64,000 bases of DNA from Chromatiaceae bacterium (GCA_016714645.1 JADKCI010000001.1:35581-99580), one strand, 5' to 3'. Counted from the first letter of the stretch, positions 19,080 to 32,973 are shown. A program made the numbers and translations. Notes: a model not told the origin generated them from the letters alone.

Positions 19080-22000
19080 TCAGGGTTGGTGGAGAAAGGC
19101 GTTCTCCTCCGGCTCCGGGCGGGTGGCCTGGGGGGGCGGGCCATCGCTGGCCCTGGGCCTCGGGGGCGCATCCGGGGCGCCGACCGCGCCCTTGAGGGCC
19201 TCGTCCCCGGGGGCTGGTTCCTGCCGGGCCCGGGGTTCGATGTCGGGGTTGGCCCAGGGACCCCGGATGTCATAGCTATGCCGACCGATCACATCGAGGG
19301 CGCCCCCACTGGCCTTGTCGGCCAGCAGGACGGCAGCGCCGACCAGGGGACCGGCGACGATGGCGCTGGCCAGGGCCACCCCCCCACCCAGGCTCGGGGT
19401 GACGGTGGCCACCTGATCCAGGGTCTCGTCGATGAGATTGGCGCGCCCCGTGATCCGGACCTCCGCTGCCGTCCCCTCGATGACCAGGGGCTCGCGTAAC
19501 TCCACCCCGCCGGCGCGGATACCCAACTTACCGGTGATACCCTCAAAGACAAAGCCACGGTCAAACAGGTCGGTGAAATCCAGGGTGAGGCGGCGCCCCA
19601 AGGCCCCCAGATTGAGGACCCCAAGCACCCGGCCCACCCCGGGGTCCACCTCCAGCAGGCTGCCCTTGCCGATCTGCACTTCGACCTCGCCCTCCAGGGC
19701 GGCCAGGTTCAGGTCGGCGGGACCGCCGGGCCAGGACAGCCGGGCCAGAACCCCGCCGGGGGCCTGTTCCAGGTAGCTGGCGTAATCCAGGTGCCGCAGC
19801 AGTTCCCCGAGATCTGCGGAGCTGGCATCCAGGTCCAGGCGCGTCCTCGGCTCGGCGTCCTCCTGGGACCAGGTGCCCGTCCCCGTCAGCTTGATACGGG
19901 AGGAGCCGGTCAGGCGTAGCTCCTCGATGGCGAGCCCCCGCGGCGTCGCGGCGGCCCGCAGGGTGAGGCGGCCCAGATCGTTGTCCGCCCAGTGAAGCCG
20001 ATCAACCGCCAGGTCCAGGGCCGAGGCCTGGCGCGGATCGGCCCACCGGGGCGGCTCCTTGGATTCAGCCGGCCTGGCCGGAGTCTTGGGCGGGTCCGCG
20101 CCCAGCAGGGGCCTGAGGTCCAGCCGCTCCAGTTCGACGCGCAGGGGCTGGGCTCGGGCCTTGTGGGGGATGGAGAAGCGGCCCGCCAGTTCCTGGGCCT
20201 TGACGCGAACATCCCAGGCCTGAGCGCCCTGTTCCAGGTCGAGGCGCACCTCCTGGAGTCGCACGGGGCCGACTTGCAGCCGGTCGATGCCCAGATCGGC
20301 GACCGTCCAGCGGAGGTTACCCAGCCCCGCCCCGCCACCCGTATTGCCCGTCAGGCCCGCCACCCAGTCCCGCCAGGCGTTCAGATCCAGTTCCGGCAGC
20401 TGGCCGGTCACGCGCAGACCATCGCCGCCGGGCAGCTCCACCTGCTCCTCCCCCAAGGCGAAGGCGCCGCGTTTGAGCCCCGCCCCACCCTTGCCATCGC
20501 GCGCGAAAAGCAGATTCAGGGCCAGATCGCCGTAGCGACCGCGCACCTGGGTATCCCGACCCGCCTGGGATTGCCAGTTCAGGCTCAAGGGCCGCGCCTC
20601 CGCCCGCGCCTTACCTGATGGCTGGGGCAGCTTGACCGCAAGACCCTGAAGATCAGAGATCAGGGTGAAATCGGCCTGGAGGGCGCGAATACCCGCGGGC
20701 GATCGCGGATCGGGAATCCTGATATTCAGGTCCCAAGGGATCTCGCCCTCCAGATGGCGCCAGAGGGGATGAGGCAGCCGCTCCGCCAGGGCCTTGGCGG
20801 CCGTCGCGCCCGTCAGCTGCAACTCGGTCAGCTTGGCCGGGGACTTGTCAGCCCGGATACGGTCCAGGGTCACGCTCAGGGGCGCGCCCAGGGCTTGGGC
20901 CTCGAGGCGGGAGGACGTCACCCCATCCTGGTTGAAACCCAGGACACCCCGCACATCCGCCAAGACCAGGTCCACCCCCGCGAGGGTCAGGCTGGCCGCG
21001 CCCGGCCAGGACAGGGCCCCCGTCAGGCCCAATCGCTCCTCGGGGTGATCATGCCCGAGGGGAATGTCCATCTTCAGTTCGATAGCCACCAGACCATCGG
21101 CGGTGAAGAGATCCGAAATGCCGCCCAGGGAGGCCCGCAGCGGCGTCGCCTCGGGAAAGGCCAGGGCCTGATTAAAATCGCCGCGCGCGGAACCCCGCAC
21201 CCTGACCCGCTGGGCATCCGCCAGATCCAGAATTTCCGCCTGGGCATCGACGAGCGGAAAGCCCAGGATCTCGCCGCCGGTGGTGGCGATGCTCATGTCC
21301 TGGTTGTGAAAATGGACCAGGCCCGCCAGCCCCTCCAGGGGCGGCCAGTCGGGGTGGAAATCCAGCGCCATCTCCTCGACCCAGAGCAGGACATGGCAAT
21401 AGCCCTGATCCTGGCGGAAGGGGAAATCGGCGGGCCGGCCCCGGAAGAGGACCTGCCCCCGGGGTACCCGGCCGGCGGGGAAGGCCCGCTCCAGCCAGGC
21501 GCGCGCCCGGGGCTTGAGCTTGGCGTCCGGCAGATAGTCGCGGATGACCTCGGCCTGGGCGTCGCGGATCTCGGCCTGAAGGTCCAGCACCGGACCCCCG
21601 GGGGCGGCTGTCCCCAGATCCTGGAGGGTAAAACGCAGCTTCAGGCCCAGGTCCGGGTTGAGGGCCTCCAGGCCGTCGCTGGCCAGTCGCAGCCCGCCAT
21701 CGGCGGCGGGCACCCAGGTCAGGGGACCGACCAGGCGATCCAGCCGGAGCGGTGGCCGGTCGCCAAAGACCCCTGGCAGGCTCAGGTACAGACCCTCCCC
21801 GGCGACCTGGAGCCGCCCGCCCGCCAGGTCCGTCGTCAGGTCCAGGTCCAGCCGCGCCGCCTGAAACCCCAGGGCCCCCTGGCCGGGAACCTGGCCCTGG
21901 AGCGACAGGCCCTCCAGGCGCAGCCGCGCCTGGCCCGCCGCCAGGCGCGAGCCCTGGACCCGATAATGGCCCTCCAGGGCGAGCCGCTCCTCGGCCACCT

Positions 22001-22760
22001 GGATGCCCTGGGGCAGGAGCCCCGCCGTTGGCGGCCCCGGGTCTTCGCCGGCGTCCAGGGTGAAATCCAGCACCCCGGACCAGTCATCGAACTGGCCCGC
22101 ATCGCCCTGGAGATCCGCCGTCACTCGCAGCCCGGCGCTGGGGGCGGCGGCCAGGCGCGCCTCCAGATCAAGACGGTGGGCGGAGCCCCGATTATCGAGG
22201 TCGAGATGGATGTCCGACAGGAGGAGGACGGGGGCGTCGGCGTCCCGATCCAGCCACTCGATCTCGCCATCCGTCAGCCGCAACCGGCCTTGGGCCAGAA
22301 AGGCCGCCAGGGCCTCCGGCTTGCCGACCTCCCAGCCCCCGCCCGCCCCTGGCCCAGCGGGGGCGATCTGGCCATCCCCTCCCCGCGCCAGGCGCAGCCG
22401 CGGTCCTTCGAGGGTGATATCCGTCACCCGGGGGCTCAGGGTGCCCAGACTGGCCAGGGGGTCCAGGTCCATGTGCAGGCGGCGCAGCTGGAGTCGGGGA
22501 AGGGGGTCGCCAGGGGCCAGCAGGTCCACCTCCTCCAGGGTAACCCGAGGCACCAGGCCGGCCAACCCCAGATGGAGGCGGCTCAGGCGCGTCTCCAGCC
22601 CCAGCCGCTCGGTCAAGGCCGCCGCCAGGGGTGCCCGCAGCCAGTCCTCCACAACCGGCAGGGCCAGGCTGACCGCGGCCAGGGGCAGACCCACGACCAG
22701 GCTGAATATCACCAGGAAACGCCAGAGGCGCGAGGCCAGGGACCTCGGGACGGGGGGCAT
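19080..22760 (-). CDS. yhdP: YhdP-family AsmA-like envelope protein
   Basis: 1226 aa with an N-terminal TM anchor and a long repetitive beta-rich body. It occupies the rng-yhdP-tldD syntenic position. Confidence 0.8.
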   Translation of the reverse strand: MPPVPRSLASRLWRFLVIFSLVVGLPLAAVSLALPVVEDWLRAPLAAALTERLGLETRLSRLHLGLAGLVPRVTLEEVDLLAPGDPLPRLQLRRLHMDLDPLASLGTLSPRVTDITLEGPRLRLARGGDGQIAPAGPGAGGGWEVGKPEALAAFLAQGRLRLTDGEIEWLDRDADAPVLLLSDIHLDLDNRGSAHRLDLEARLAAAPSAGLRVTADLQGDAGQFDDWSGVLDFTLDAGEDPGPPTAGLLPQGIQVAEERLALEGHYRVQGSRLAAGQARLRLEGLSLQGQVPGQGALGFQAARLDLDLTTDLAGGRLQVAGEGLYLSLPGVFGDRPPLRLDRLVGPLTWVPAADGGLRLASDGLEALNPDLGLKLRFTLQDLGTAAPGGPVLDLQAEIRDAQAEVIRDYLPDAKLKPRARAWLERAFPAGRVPRGQVLFRGRPADFPFRQDQGYCHVLLWVEEMALDFHPDWPPLEGLAGLVHFHNQDMSIATTGGEILGFPLVDAQAEILDLADAQRVRVRGSARGDFNQALAFPEATPLRASLGGISDLFTADGLVAIELKMDIPLGHDHPEERLGLTGALSWPGAASLTLAGVDLVLADVRGVLGFNQDGVTSSRLEAQALGAPLSVTLDRIRADKSPAKLTELQLTGATAAKALAERLPHPLWRHLEGEIPWDLNIRIPDPRSPAGIRALQADFTLISDLQGLAVKLPQPSGKARAEARPLSLNWQSQAGRDTQVRGRYGDLALNLLFARDGKGGAGLKRGAFALGEEQVELPGGDGLRVTGQLPELDLNAWRDWVAGLTGNTGGGAGLGNLRWTVADLGIDRLQVGPVRLQEVRLDLEQGAQAWDVRVKAQELAGRFSIPHKARAQPLRVELERLDLRPLLGADPPKTPARPAESKEPPRWADPRQASALDLAVDRLHWADNDLGRLTLRAAATPRGLAIEELRLTGSSRIKLTGTGTWSQEDAEPRTRLDLDASSADLGELLRHLDYASYLEQAPGGVLARLSWPGGPADLNLAALEGEVEVQIGKGSLLEVDPGVGRVLGVLNLGALGRRLTLDFTDLFDRGFVFEGITGKLGIRAGGVELREPLVIEGTAAEVRITGRANLIDETLDQVATVTPSLGGGVALASAIVAGPLVGAAVLLADKASGGALDVIGRHSYDIRGPWANPDIEPRARQEPAPGDEALKGAVGAPDAPPRPRASDGPPPQATRPEPEENAFLHQP

Positions 22761-22788
22761 GAAGCGGGAAATCGCGACCGGGGAAGGA

Positions 22789-24243
22789 CTAGATCAGCAC
22801 GACGTCGTACTGTTCCTGGGGATAGAGGGCCTCGGCCTGCAGCCGGATCGGCTTGCCGATGAATTCCTCCAGCTCCGCCAGATGCCCCGATTCCTCGTCC
22901 AACAAGCGATCGATGACATCCTGGGAGGCCAGCACCAGCAGGGTCTCGACCTCGAACTGGCGGGCCTCGCGCATGATCTCGCGGAAGATCTCGTTGCAGG
23001 TGGTCTCCGCCGTCTTGACGGTGCCGCGGCCCCCGCAACAGGGACAGGGCTCGCAGAGGACATGCTCCAGGGATTCGCGGGTGCGCTTGCGGGTCATCTC
23101 TACCAGCCCGAGGGAGGAGACCTCGCTGATGTGGGTCTTGGCGTGATCCCGGGACAGGCACTTTTCCAGGGCGCGGAGCACCTGGCGCTTGTGGTCCTCG
23201 TCCATCATGTCGATGAAGTCGATAATGATGATGCCGCCCAGGTTACGCAGGCGCAGATGGCGGCAGATGGCCTGGGCCGCCTCCAGGTTGGTCTTGAAGA
23301 TGGTCTCCTCGAGGTTGCGGTGGCCGACGAAGGCCCCGGTGTTGACATCGATGGTGGTCATGGCCTCGGTCTGGTCGATGACCAGGTGGCCGCCGGACTT
23401 GAGCTGCACCTTGCGCTGCAGGGCCTTCTGGATCTCCTCCTCCACGCCGTAAAGGTCGAAGAGAGGCCGTTCGCCCTGGTAATACTCCAGCCGTTCACGG
23501 ATATCGGGGATGTACTGGTCGGCGAAGGCGATGGCCTTGTCCATGGTCATGCGGGAGTCGAAGCGAACCCGCTCCACCTCGGGGCCCACCAGGTCGCGGA
23601 GGGCGCGCAGGGCCAGGGGCAGATCCTCGTGGATCAGACCTATCTCGCGCGCGGTACGACAGCGTTCCTTGATGTCATGCCAGAGCTTGGCGAGGAAGCT
23701 CATGTCATTGATCAGGGCCTCCTCGGTGATTCCATCCGCCGCGGTGCGGGCGATGAAGCCGCCCTCGCCCTCATGCTCATTGACGAAGCGCTGGAGGATG
23801 TCGCGCAGGCGGCGGCGCTCCTCCTCGTCCTCGATCTTCTGGGACACCCCCGTGTTTTGCAGGGTGGGCATGAAGACCAGGTAGCGCGACGGGATGGAGA
23901 TATTGGTGGTGAGGCGGGCGCCCTTGGTGCCCAGGGGGTCCTTGACCACCTGCACCACCAAGGTATCGCCCTCGCTCACCAGATCGTGGATCTGATCGCC
24001 TCGGGGCTCGCCCTCGACGCCGACGATATCGGAGGTGTGCAGGAAGGCGGCCCGCTCCAGGCCGATCTCGACGAAGGCCGCCTGCATCCCTGGCAGCACC
24101 CGGCAGATGCGGCCCTTATAGATGTTGCCCACCAGGCCACAGCGTTCCAGCCGCTCGATGATGATCTCCTGCACCACGCCATTTTCGACCACGGCGACGC
24201 GGGTCTCCGGCGGCGTGACATTGACCAGGATTTCCTCACTCAT
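22789..24243 (-). CDS. rng: ribonuclease G
   Basis: 484 aa. The S1-domain N-terminus is GNIYKGRICRVLPGMQAAFVEIG, followed by an RNase E/G catalytic core (IIIDFIDM). Confidence 0.9.
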   Translation of the reverse strand: MSEEILVNVTPPETRVAVVENGVVQEIIIERLERCGLVGNIYKGRICRVLPGMQAAFVEIGLERAAFLHTSDIVGVEGEPRGDQIHDLVSEGDTLVVQVVKDPLGTKGARLTTNISIPSRYLVFMPTLQNTGVSQKIEDEEERRRLRDILQRFVNEHEGEGGFIARTAADGITEEALINDMSFLAKLWHDIKERCRTAREIGLIHEDLPLALRALRDLVGPEVERVRFDSRMTMDKAIAFADQYIPDIRERLEYYQGERPLFDLYGVEEEIQKALQRKVQLKSGGHLVIDQTEAMTTIDVNTGAFVGHRNLEETIFKTNLEAAQAICRHLRLRNLGGIIIIDFIDMMDEDHKRQVLRALEKCLSRDHAKTHISEVSSLGLVEMTRKRTRESLEHVLCEPCPCCGGRGTVKTAETTCNEIFREIMREARQFEVETLLVLASQDVIDRLLDEESGHLAELEEFIGKPIRLQAEALYPQEQYDVVLI

Positions 24244-24377
24244 GGCGGCCCTTGGGATTCAGTAGCGGTTTATGAAGTGGAAAGTGGGGACGAACATCCG
24301 GTTAGGCCATCGCCCAGCAAAAGAATTCCCTCCTCGGCGAGCAAGAGCGCCGTCGCGCGGAGCGGCAGGCCCAACCG

Positions 24378-24848
24378 CTAGGCCCGGTGGTAAGGATGAC
24401 CCCCGAGGAGGCTCCATGCCCGGTAAAGCTGCTCGGCCAGAATGACCCGGACCAGGGGGTGCGGGAAGGTCAGGGGCGACAGGGACCAGATACGGTCGGC
24501 ACGGGCGCGGCAGGCCTCGTCCAGGCCCTCGGGACCCCCGACCAGCAGGGCCAGGTCCCGGCCCTCCCCCAGCCAACCCGCCAGTTCCCGCGCCAGTTGC
24601 GCCGTGCTCCAGGCGGTGCCCCGCTCATCCAGGGCCACGAGTTGCGCGCCTTTGGGCAGGGCAGCCAGTAGCCGCACCCCCTCTTCCCGCCGGGCCACCT
24701 CGGCGCTGGCCCCCTTGCCCCGGTGTCCCGGCTCGATCTCGACCAAGCGCAGGGCGCACTCGGGGGGCAGGCGTTTGGCGTATTCCCGGTAACCCGCATC
24801 CACCCAGACCGGCATGCGCCGGCCGACGCTCAACAGATGGATGCGCAC
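24378..24848 (-). CDS. rlmH: 23S rRNA (pseudouridine1915-N3)-methyltransferase RlmH
   Basis: 156-aa SPOUT protein reading MRIHLLSVGRRMP...GGPEGL...LSLSPLTFPHPLVRVILAEQLYRA. Confidence 0.9.
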   Translation of the reverse strand: MRIHLLSVGRRMPVWVDAGYREYAKRLPPECALRLVEIEPGHRGKGASAEVARREEGVRLLAALPKGAQLVALDERGTAWSTAQLARELAGWLGEGRDLALLVGGPEGLDEACRARADRIWSLSPLTFPHPLVRVILAEQLYRAWSLLGGHPYHRA

Positions 24849-24856
24849 CGCCCCCT

Positions 24857-25081
24857 TCAGTCCAGGGCGGGGCCGAGCAGGAAGGGCACCTGCCCGAAGC
24901 CCTTATCCTCCAGGGTGTCCATCACGGCTTCCAGCCAGCTCTCCTCGTCCTCGCGGGGTACTTCGCTCACAAGACCGGTAATATAGCGGTAAGCCTCGTG
25001 GGGGGAGATGTCCGTGGGGATAGTCACCAGCCGGACCCGCCCGGGGTCCTTGCTCGGCAGGATCATGAGTCGATCGGTCAT
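24857..25081 (-). CDS. hypothetical small protein (74 aa)
   Basis: The most plausible start is ATG 25081, preceded by GAGGT. The product reads MTDRLMILPSKDPGRVRLVTIPTDISPHEAYRYITGLVSEVPREDEESWLEAVMDTLEDKGFGQVPFLLGPALD. I recognise no family. Confidence 0.45.
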   Translation of the reverse strand: MTDRLMILPSKDPGRVRLVTIPTDISPHEAYRYITGLVSEVPREDEESWLEAVMDTLEDKGFGQVPFLLGPALD

Positions 25082-25274
25082 ATTCGGATACCTCATTGGG
25101 GATGGGGCCCATCCGGGCCCACTTCGGGACATGATATAGGTATAGCGTCGCCTTTTCCCCCCTTTGGTCATCATTTGGCCTGGCCGGATTTGGCCGTGGG
25201 GCTTCGGTATATAATTCAGATCTAAAGTCCCCGGGTCCCCAAACTCGGCGCCACCACCTGAGCAGGTTCTCCCC

Positions 25275-28979
<3,705 letters not shown>

Positions 28980-29068
28980 GGCCCCGGCCCGCGGCAAGCC
29001 CGCATGGGGCGGGGTAACGCCCTGTCCCAGGCCTCCGCCACTACCCTTGCCCGTCAGGAGCCTTTGAG

Positions 29069-29662
29069 ATGCCGGACCCCGTCCCACCCGGACCAGTCGC
29101 CGAGGCGGTCGCACAGGCCATGGCCCCCGTTGTGCCGCCCCAGGTCGTCGAGCACCTTGACAGCCTCGCGGTCAACTACGACCTCCTGGACTTTTTATTC
29201 GGCGGCGCGGGCCTCATGGCCGTCCTTTTCTTTCATGGCCTCTGCATCGCGTTCGTCTACCCCTGGTTCATGCAGCGCAGCCGTGACATGCTGCACCGGC
29301 GGACCTATTGGCGGGTGGAAATGCTGTTTCTTTTCAGCATGTTTTTACTCATGATGACCCACCTGGGCGAAATCACCCTCTGGGCCATCCTCGTCTTCCA
29401 ACTGGGCCTGGTGGACACCCTCCGTGAAGCCATCACCTTCTGCGGCAGTACCTATACCACCGTCGGCTACAACAGCGATCTGATGCCAGAAGGTTGGAAA
29501 GTGATGACCATGATCATCGCCCTGTCCGGCATGTTCTCCTTTGCCTGGACCACGGGCATCATGATGCTGATGCTCAAGCCCTTCCATGCCGCCCAATACG
29601 CCCGCATCACCGGCCGGGACCCGCAAAACGCCCCCTTCTCGGCGGACCAACCCAAGAACTAG
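29069..29662 (+). CDS. potassium-channel-like pore protein (Ion_trans_2 type)
   Basis: 197 aa. Hydrophobic helices flank a pore loop with selectivity-filter sequence TYTTVGYN. Confidence 0.7.
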   Translation: MPDPVPPGPVAEAVAQAMAPVVPPQVVEHLDSLAVNYDLLDFLFGGAGLMAVLFFHGLCIAFVYPWFMQRSRDMLHRRTYWRVEMLFLFSMFLLMMTHLGEITLWAILVFQLGLVDTLREAITFCGSTYTTVGYNSDLMPEGWKVMTMIIALSGMFSFAWTTGIMMLMLKPFHAAQYARITGRDPQNAPFSADQPKN

Positions 29663-29664
29663 CT

Positions 29665-30716
29665 TTCAAGCCCCGTATGATTATATACCGACACGAAGTG
29701 ATCCGTTATTAGGGCAACGACTGACCGGAGACCGGCGAACCATGAATCTGAACCTGCATAAAAATGCGCGGACCACGCCCGCGATTCGCCAGGAACTGCG
29801 CGAATCCACCAAGTCAGAGCGCGAACTGGCCCGCGAGTACCACCTGAATCGCGCCACGGTGCGTAAATGGCGGCAGCGCGAAACCGGCGAAGATGCCTCA
29901 CATCGTCCCCATCGCCTCCATGCGACCCTGACGCCGGCCCAAGAGCGGGTTGTCGTCGCGTTACGCACCACCTTGTTCCTCTCCTTGGATGACTTGCTGG
30001 CGGTGACCCGCGAGTTCCTCAATCCCGCCGTCTCGCGTTCAGGCATGGATCGCTGCCTGCGGCGGCATGGCGTCTCCAATCTCCAAGCCCTGATTCCCCA
30101 GCCGGAAGACGAGGAGCAACCAAAAGAAAACCTTTAAGGATGATGTGCCTGGATTCATTCACGCCGATATCAAGGCTCTTCCGCCCCTGCCAGACGAGAC
30201 CGCGCATCGGTACCTGTGCGTGGCCATTGATCGCGCCTCCCGCTGGATTTACGTGGAAATCTGGGGCGAAAAGACGGCGAACAATGCCGCCGAATTTCTC
30301 CAGCGGCTCGCCGCCACAGCGCCCTTCAAGGTCCAAAAGGTGTTGACCGATAACGACAACGCGTTTACCGATCGCTGTTGCGCCGCCGGCGAACGCGATC
30401 CCACCGGGCGTCATCGCTTTGATCGCACCTGCGATACCCACGGCATCGACCACCGGTTGATCAAGCCCCGTCATCCCCAGGCTAACGGCATGGTCGAACG
30501 CTTCAATGGCCGCATCAGCGAGGTGCTGGCCACCACGCACTACGATGCGGCCGCCACCCTAGAAGAGACCCTGACACGCTATGTGCGATTGTATAATCAC
30601 CAGATCCCGCAGAAAGCGTTAGGACACCTCTCGCCCGCGCAAGCGCTGAGGGGATTGGCAGGAGAAACGCCCAGAATTGTTCAAGAATTAAGGTATAGAA
30701 TCTCACGGTTCTTGAC
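29665..30716 (+). mobile_element. IS481-family insertion sequence, decayed copy 1
   Basis: Collinear with the intact copy at 42320-43368. The ends are (T)TCAAGCCCCGTATGATTATATACC and GGTATAGAATCTCACGGTTCTTGAC (imperfect inverted repeats). It begins 3 nt after the channel gene stop. Confidence 0.8.
29742..30690 (+). pseudogene. IS481-family transposase, inactivated by two single-base insertions
   Basis: Relative to copy 2 there is an extra A in CCAAAAGAAAACC (about 30121-30126), giving a stop at 30135-30137. There is also an extra G in GAGGGGATT near 30650. The track ORF 30145-31227 is a read-through artefact. Confidence 0.8.
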
Positions 30717-31024
30717 AAACCTTGGATCCCGCCGTTCCTGGCTCCCGGCGAGGAAAAGGGACAGTGGCTGGAATATCTGCGCTTTTGCGCCACCCACCTT
30801 GGAATTAATCGTTTTGAAGGCCGAATCACTGGACGGGATGGCCGACCCCGCGCCGCCGCGCTCGCGAAGCGCATGTAACCCCATCGTTCGCCACTGCGGG
30901 TCTACGCGGCCTGCCTGCGGCTCTGCGAGCCGTCGGCCCCGCTTGCCCCACGCGGCACATGCCCCCCTTGGCGTCCACCGGAAGGATGGATGCAACGGGA
31001 TACAGCACGTTGCCCGCAGCAGGA

Positions 31025-31101
31025 CGGGATTTGTAATCCCGCCCGCACCGTTACAGCGAGATCAGTTGAAGCTAATCGTTGCGGGTCGGGTTACAAACCC
31101 C
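31025..31101. repeat. compound inverted repeat / predicted three-hairpin structure
   Basis: CGGGATTTGTAATCCCGCCCGCACCG (31025-31050) is nearly the reverse complement of CGTTGCGGGTCGGGTTACAAACCCC (31077-31101). Each arm also contains its own small palindrome (GGATT-tgt-AATCC and GGGTT-aca-AACCC). Confidence 0.7.
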
Positions 31102-31128
31102 AGCCTGTTGATCGCTGCCGCCGTTCGG

Positions 31129-31314
31129 CTGAGAGGTTGTGAAAAAATCGCCGACCTACTGCGGACGCCCCTGAGCACCCGTGGCGGCGTTGCGCTACGC
31201 GAACAGGACGGTCATTTAGCCCGCTAAACTCCCGCCCTGTTCGCGTAGCGCGCCTTGCCACAGGCGCTCAGGGTCGCCCTCGCTACGGTCGTCGATATTT
31301 TCACAACCTCTGAG
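31129..31314. repeat. long imperfect foldback (about 93-nt arms)
   Basis: The left arm CTGAGAGGTTGTGAAAAAATCGCCGACC...CCCTGAGCACCCGTGGC...GCGCTACGCGAACAGG mirrors the right arm CCTGTTCGCGTAGCGC...GCCACAGGCGCTCAGGG...GGTCGTCGATATTTTCACAACCTCTGAG. The centre lies at TTTAGCccgCTAAA, about 31221. Confidence 0.8.
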
Positions 31315-31512
31315 ATACCAGGAAAACTCATACCAGAGTGCGCAGGATTTCCGTTCGCCTTCAAGGCGCGCCACCCTGTGCATATCCAGCTATCGCAGAC
31401 CCGTTATGTGTGTAACTACACTACCATCAGGCGCAGGACGCGTTGGGCAAGACGGGGCACGCCAGCATTCCCCCGGGACGCAGTAAGTCACCCACAATAA
31501 GTCTTTAGCACT

Positions 31513-32973
31513 GTCAACCCAAAGTAGAAATGTCCCCTTCTGTCCAAAATAGAGATGTCCCCTGTTAGCGGCTCGGCTCGGCTAGGGAGGGGGTAGAACC
31601 GGGGGGTACGCCGGCTGGGCGGGCCAGACGGCAGGAGCCCGGAGGGCGACGGGCGTCTGGCCCGCCCAGCCGGCGGCGTGTGGTCGTGCGGGGTCAGGGG
31701 GCGGCGGATGAGGTGGCGGTGCGGGCGGCTGCCCTCGCCACGGCCTGGCGCCACGGGTGATCGAGGGCCGGCTTGGCACGCTGCCGTTGTTGCTTGTCAA
31801 GAGCGCCATCGACCCGCTCGTTGAGGGTCTTCTCGTCCGCGACCGGCGGCGGTTGCTCCCCCTTGCGGTAGGTGGTGTAAGGCCGCTCGCGGCCCTCCCG
31901 AGCAGCACGACCTCCCCCGTCGGCTAGGGCGCAGACAGTCACCTTAGCCCCGCGTAGGCGGTATCCCGGTCCAGGGTGTTGCAGCTGATAGGCGACGTTG
32001 CGGTACTGCGCGGTGAGGTTCTTGGACAGGGTCCGCTCCTCCTGCTCCGAGAGCAGCAGGTCCAGTTCCCGCGGGCGATGCACGAGGGGACGATGGGCGT
32101 CCTCTCCTGAACTGGGGGCTACTGCGAAGCGCCGGTTGAAGTCGGCCATGAACTCCGGCAGGTAGACGTTGGCGCTCTCCAGATCGTTAATGCCGCGCAG
32201 ACGCAACTCCTTGACCAGCCGGTCTTGGAGGGTCTGGTTGGCCCGCTCTACGCGCCCCTTGGCCTGCGGGGTGCGGGCGTGGATCGCTTCGATCTCAAGT
32301 CCGGTGAGGGCGCGTCCGAACTGGGTGGTGGTGGCGCCGTTGGCGGGCTCCACCTGGGTGATGCGGAAGAGGCTATGGCGGTCGGAGTAGAACGCTGCCG
32401 GCCGCCCGTACTGCTCCAGATGCCACCGTAGCACTTGCATGTAGACTGCGGTGGTTTCGCTGGGGGCAAACCACAACTGCACCAGGCGCCCGCTGGCGTC
32501 GTCGATGAAAACGATCAGGGTACAGCGCGGGCCGCGCCCCTCAAACCCGTCGTGGGGTGAGCCGTCGATCTGGATCAGCTCGCCGAAGCGCCCTCGCCGC
32601 TCGCGTAGCTGATGTGCCCGCGCGGCCTTGCGCCGCTTGGGTCGCCACCGCCCCCCGCAGGGCGCGAATCGCCTCGCGTAGCGGCTCCTTGAGCCGTCGG
32701 TTCGACGGCTCCCCGATGCGCCGGGAGACCAGTCCCGCGGCCCCCTGCGCCCGGTAGGCCGCCACCAGACGCTTCACTTGCCGCGTCGTGAGTCCCATTT
32801 GCCGCCCGGCCTCCGCCTGTGTCAGCCGCCGGTCCGTGACCGCCTCGACGACCTTCAGGCGGTGTAGCGCTCGCTTCGTCAACTCGATCATCTCCTCTGG
32901 CATCGCCCCCCCCGTTAACCAAAAGGGGACATTTCTAAACTGCACAAAGGGGACATTACTACTTTGGGCTAAC
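31513..32973 (-). mobile_element. IS1202/ISNCY-like insertion sequence, decayed, with 17-bp flanking direct repeats
   Basis: The terminal inverted repeats are GTCAACCCAAAGTAGAAATGTCCCC (31513-31537) and GGGGACATTACTACTTTGGGCTAAC (32949-32973), with a second subterminal AATGTCCCC box at each end. The flanking direct repeat AATAAGTCTTTAGCACT occurs at 31496-31512 and 32975-32991. Confidence 0.7.
31694..32903 (-). pseudogene. rve-domain (DDE) transposase of the IS1202/ISNCY type, frameshifted and internally deleted
   Basis: The N-terminal HTH part MPEEMIELTKRALHRLKVVEAVTDRRLTQAEAGRQMGLTTRQVKRLVAAYRAQGAAGLVSRRIGEPSNRRL starts from ATG 32903. The frame is lost near the C-run at about 32650. The catalytic part (ELIQIDGSPHDGFEGRG...FYSDRHSLF...TPQAKGRVERANQTLQDRL) lies in another frame down to 31694. 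The linker is much shorter than expected. Confidence 0.75.

Noticed and set aside
20754-22862. A 702-aa plus-strand ORF. Similar very long antisense ORFs occur at 22003-24381, 24903-26933, 52842-55982, 57194-59296, 59984-61885, 16215-17921, 34066-36006, 40799-42016 and 50257-51456.
   Set aside because: Each lies antisense to a gene with clear family signatures. Their translations are Arg/Gly/Ala/Pro/Gln-rich low-complexity strings with no motifs. High-GC DNA routinely produces such shadow ORFs.
25082-25274. Possible cobalamin riboswitch upstream of metH.
   Set aside because: I could not find a B12-box-like conserved core. In addition, B12 riboswitches normally control metE or B12 uptake rather than the B12-dependent enzyme.
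30145-31227. A 360-aa ORF that appears to extend the IS481 transposase into downstream DNA.
   Set aside because: Comparison with the intact copy at 42397-43344 shows that a single-base insertion near 30650 abolishes the normal stop at 30688-30690. Everything past the IS end (30716) is read-through of non-coding, palindrome-rich DNA.
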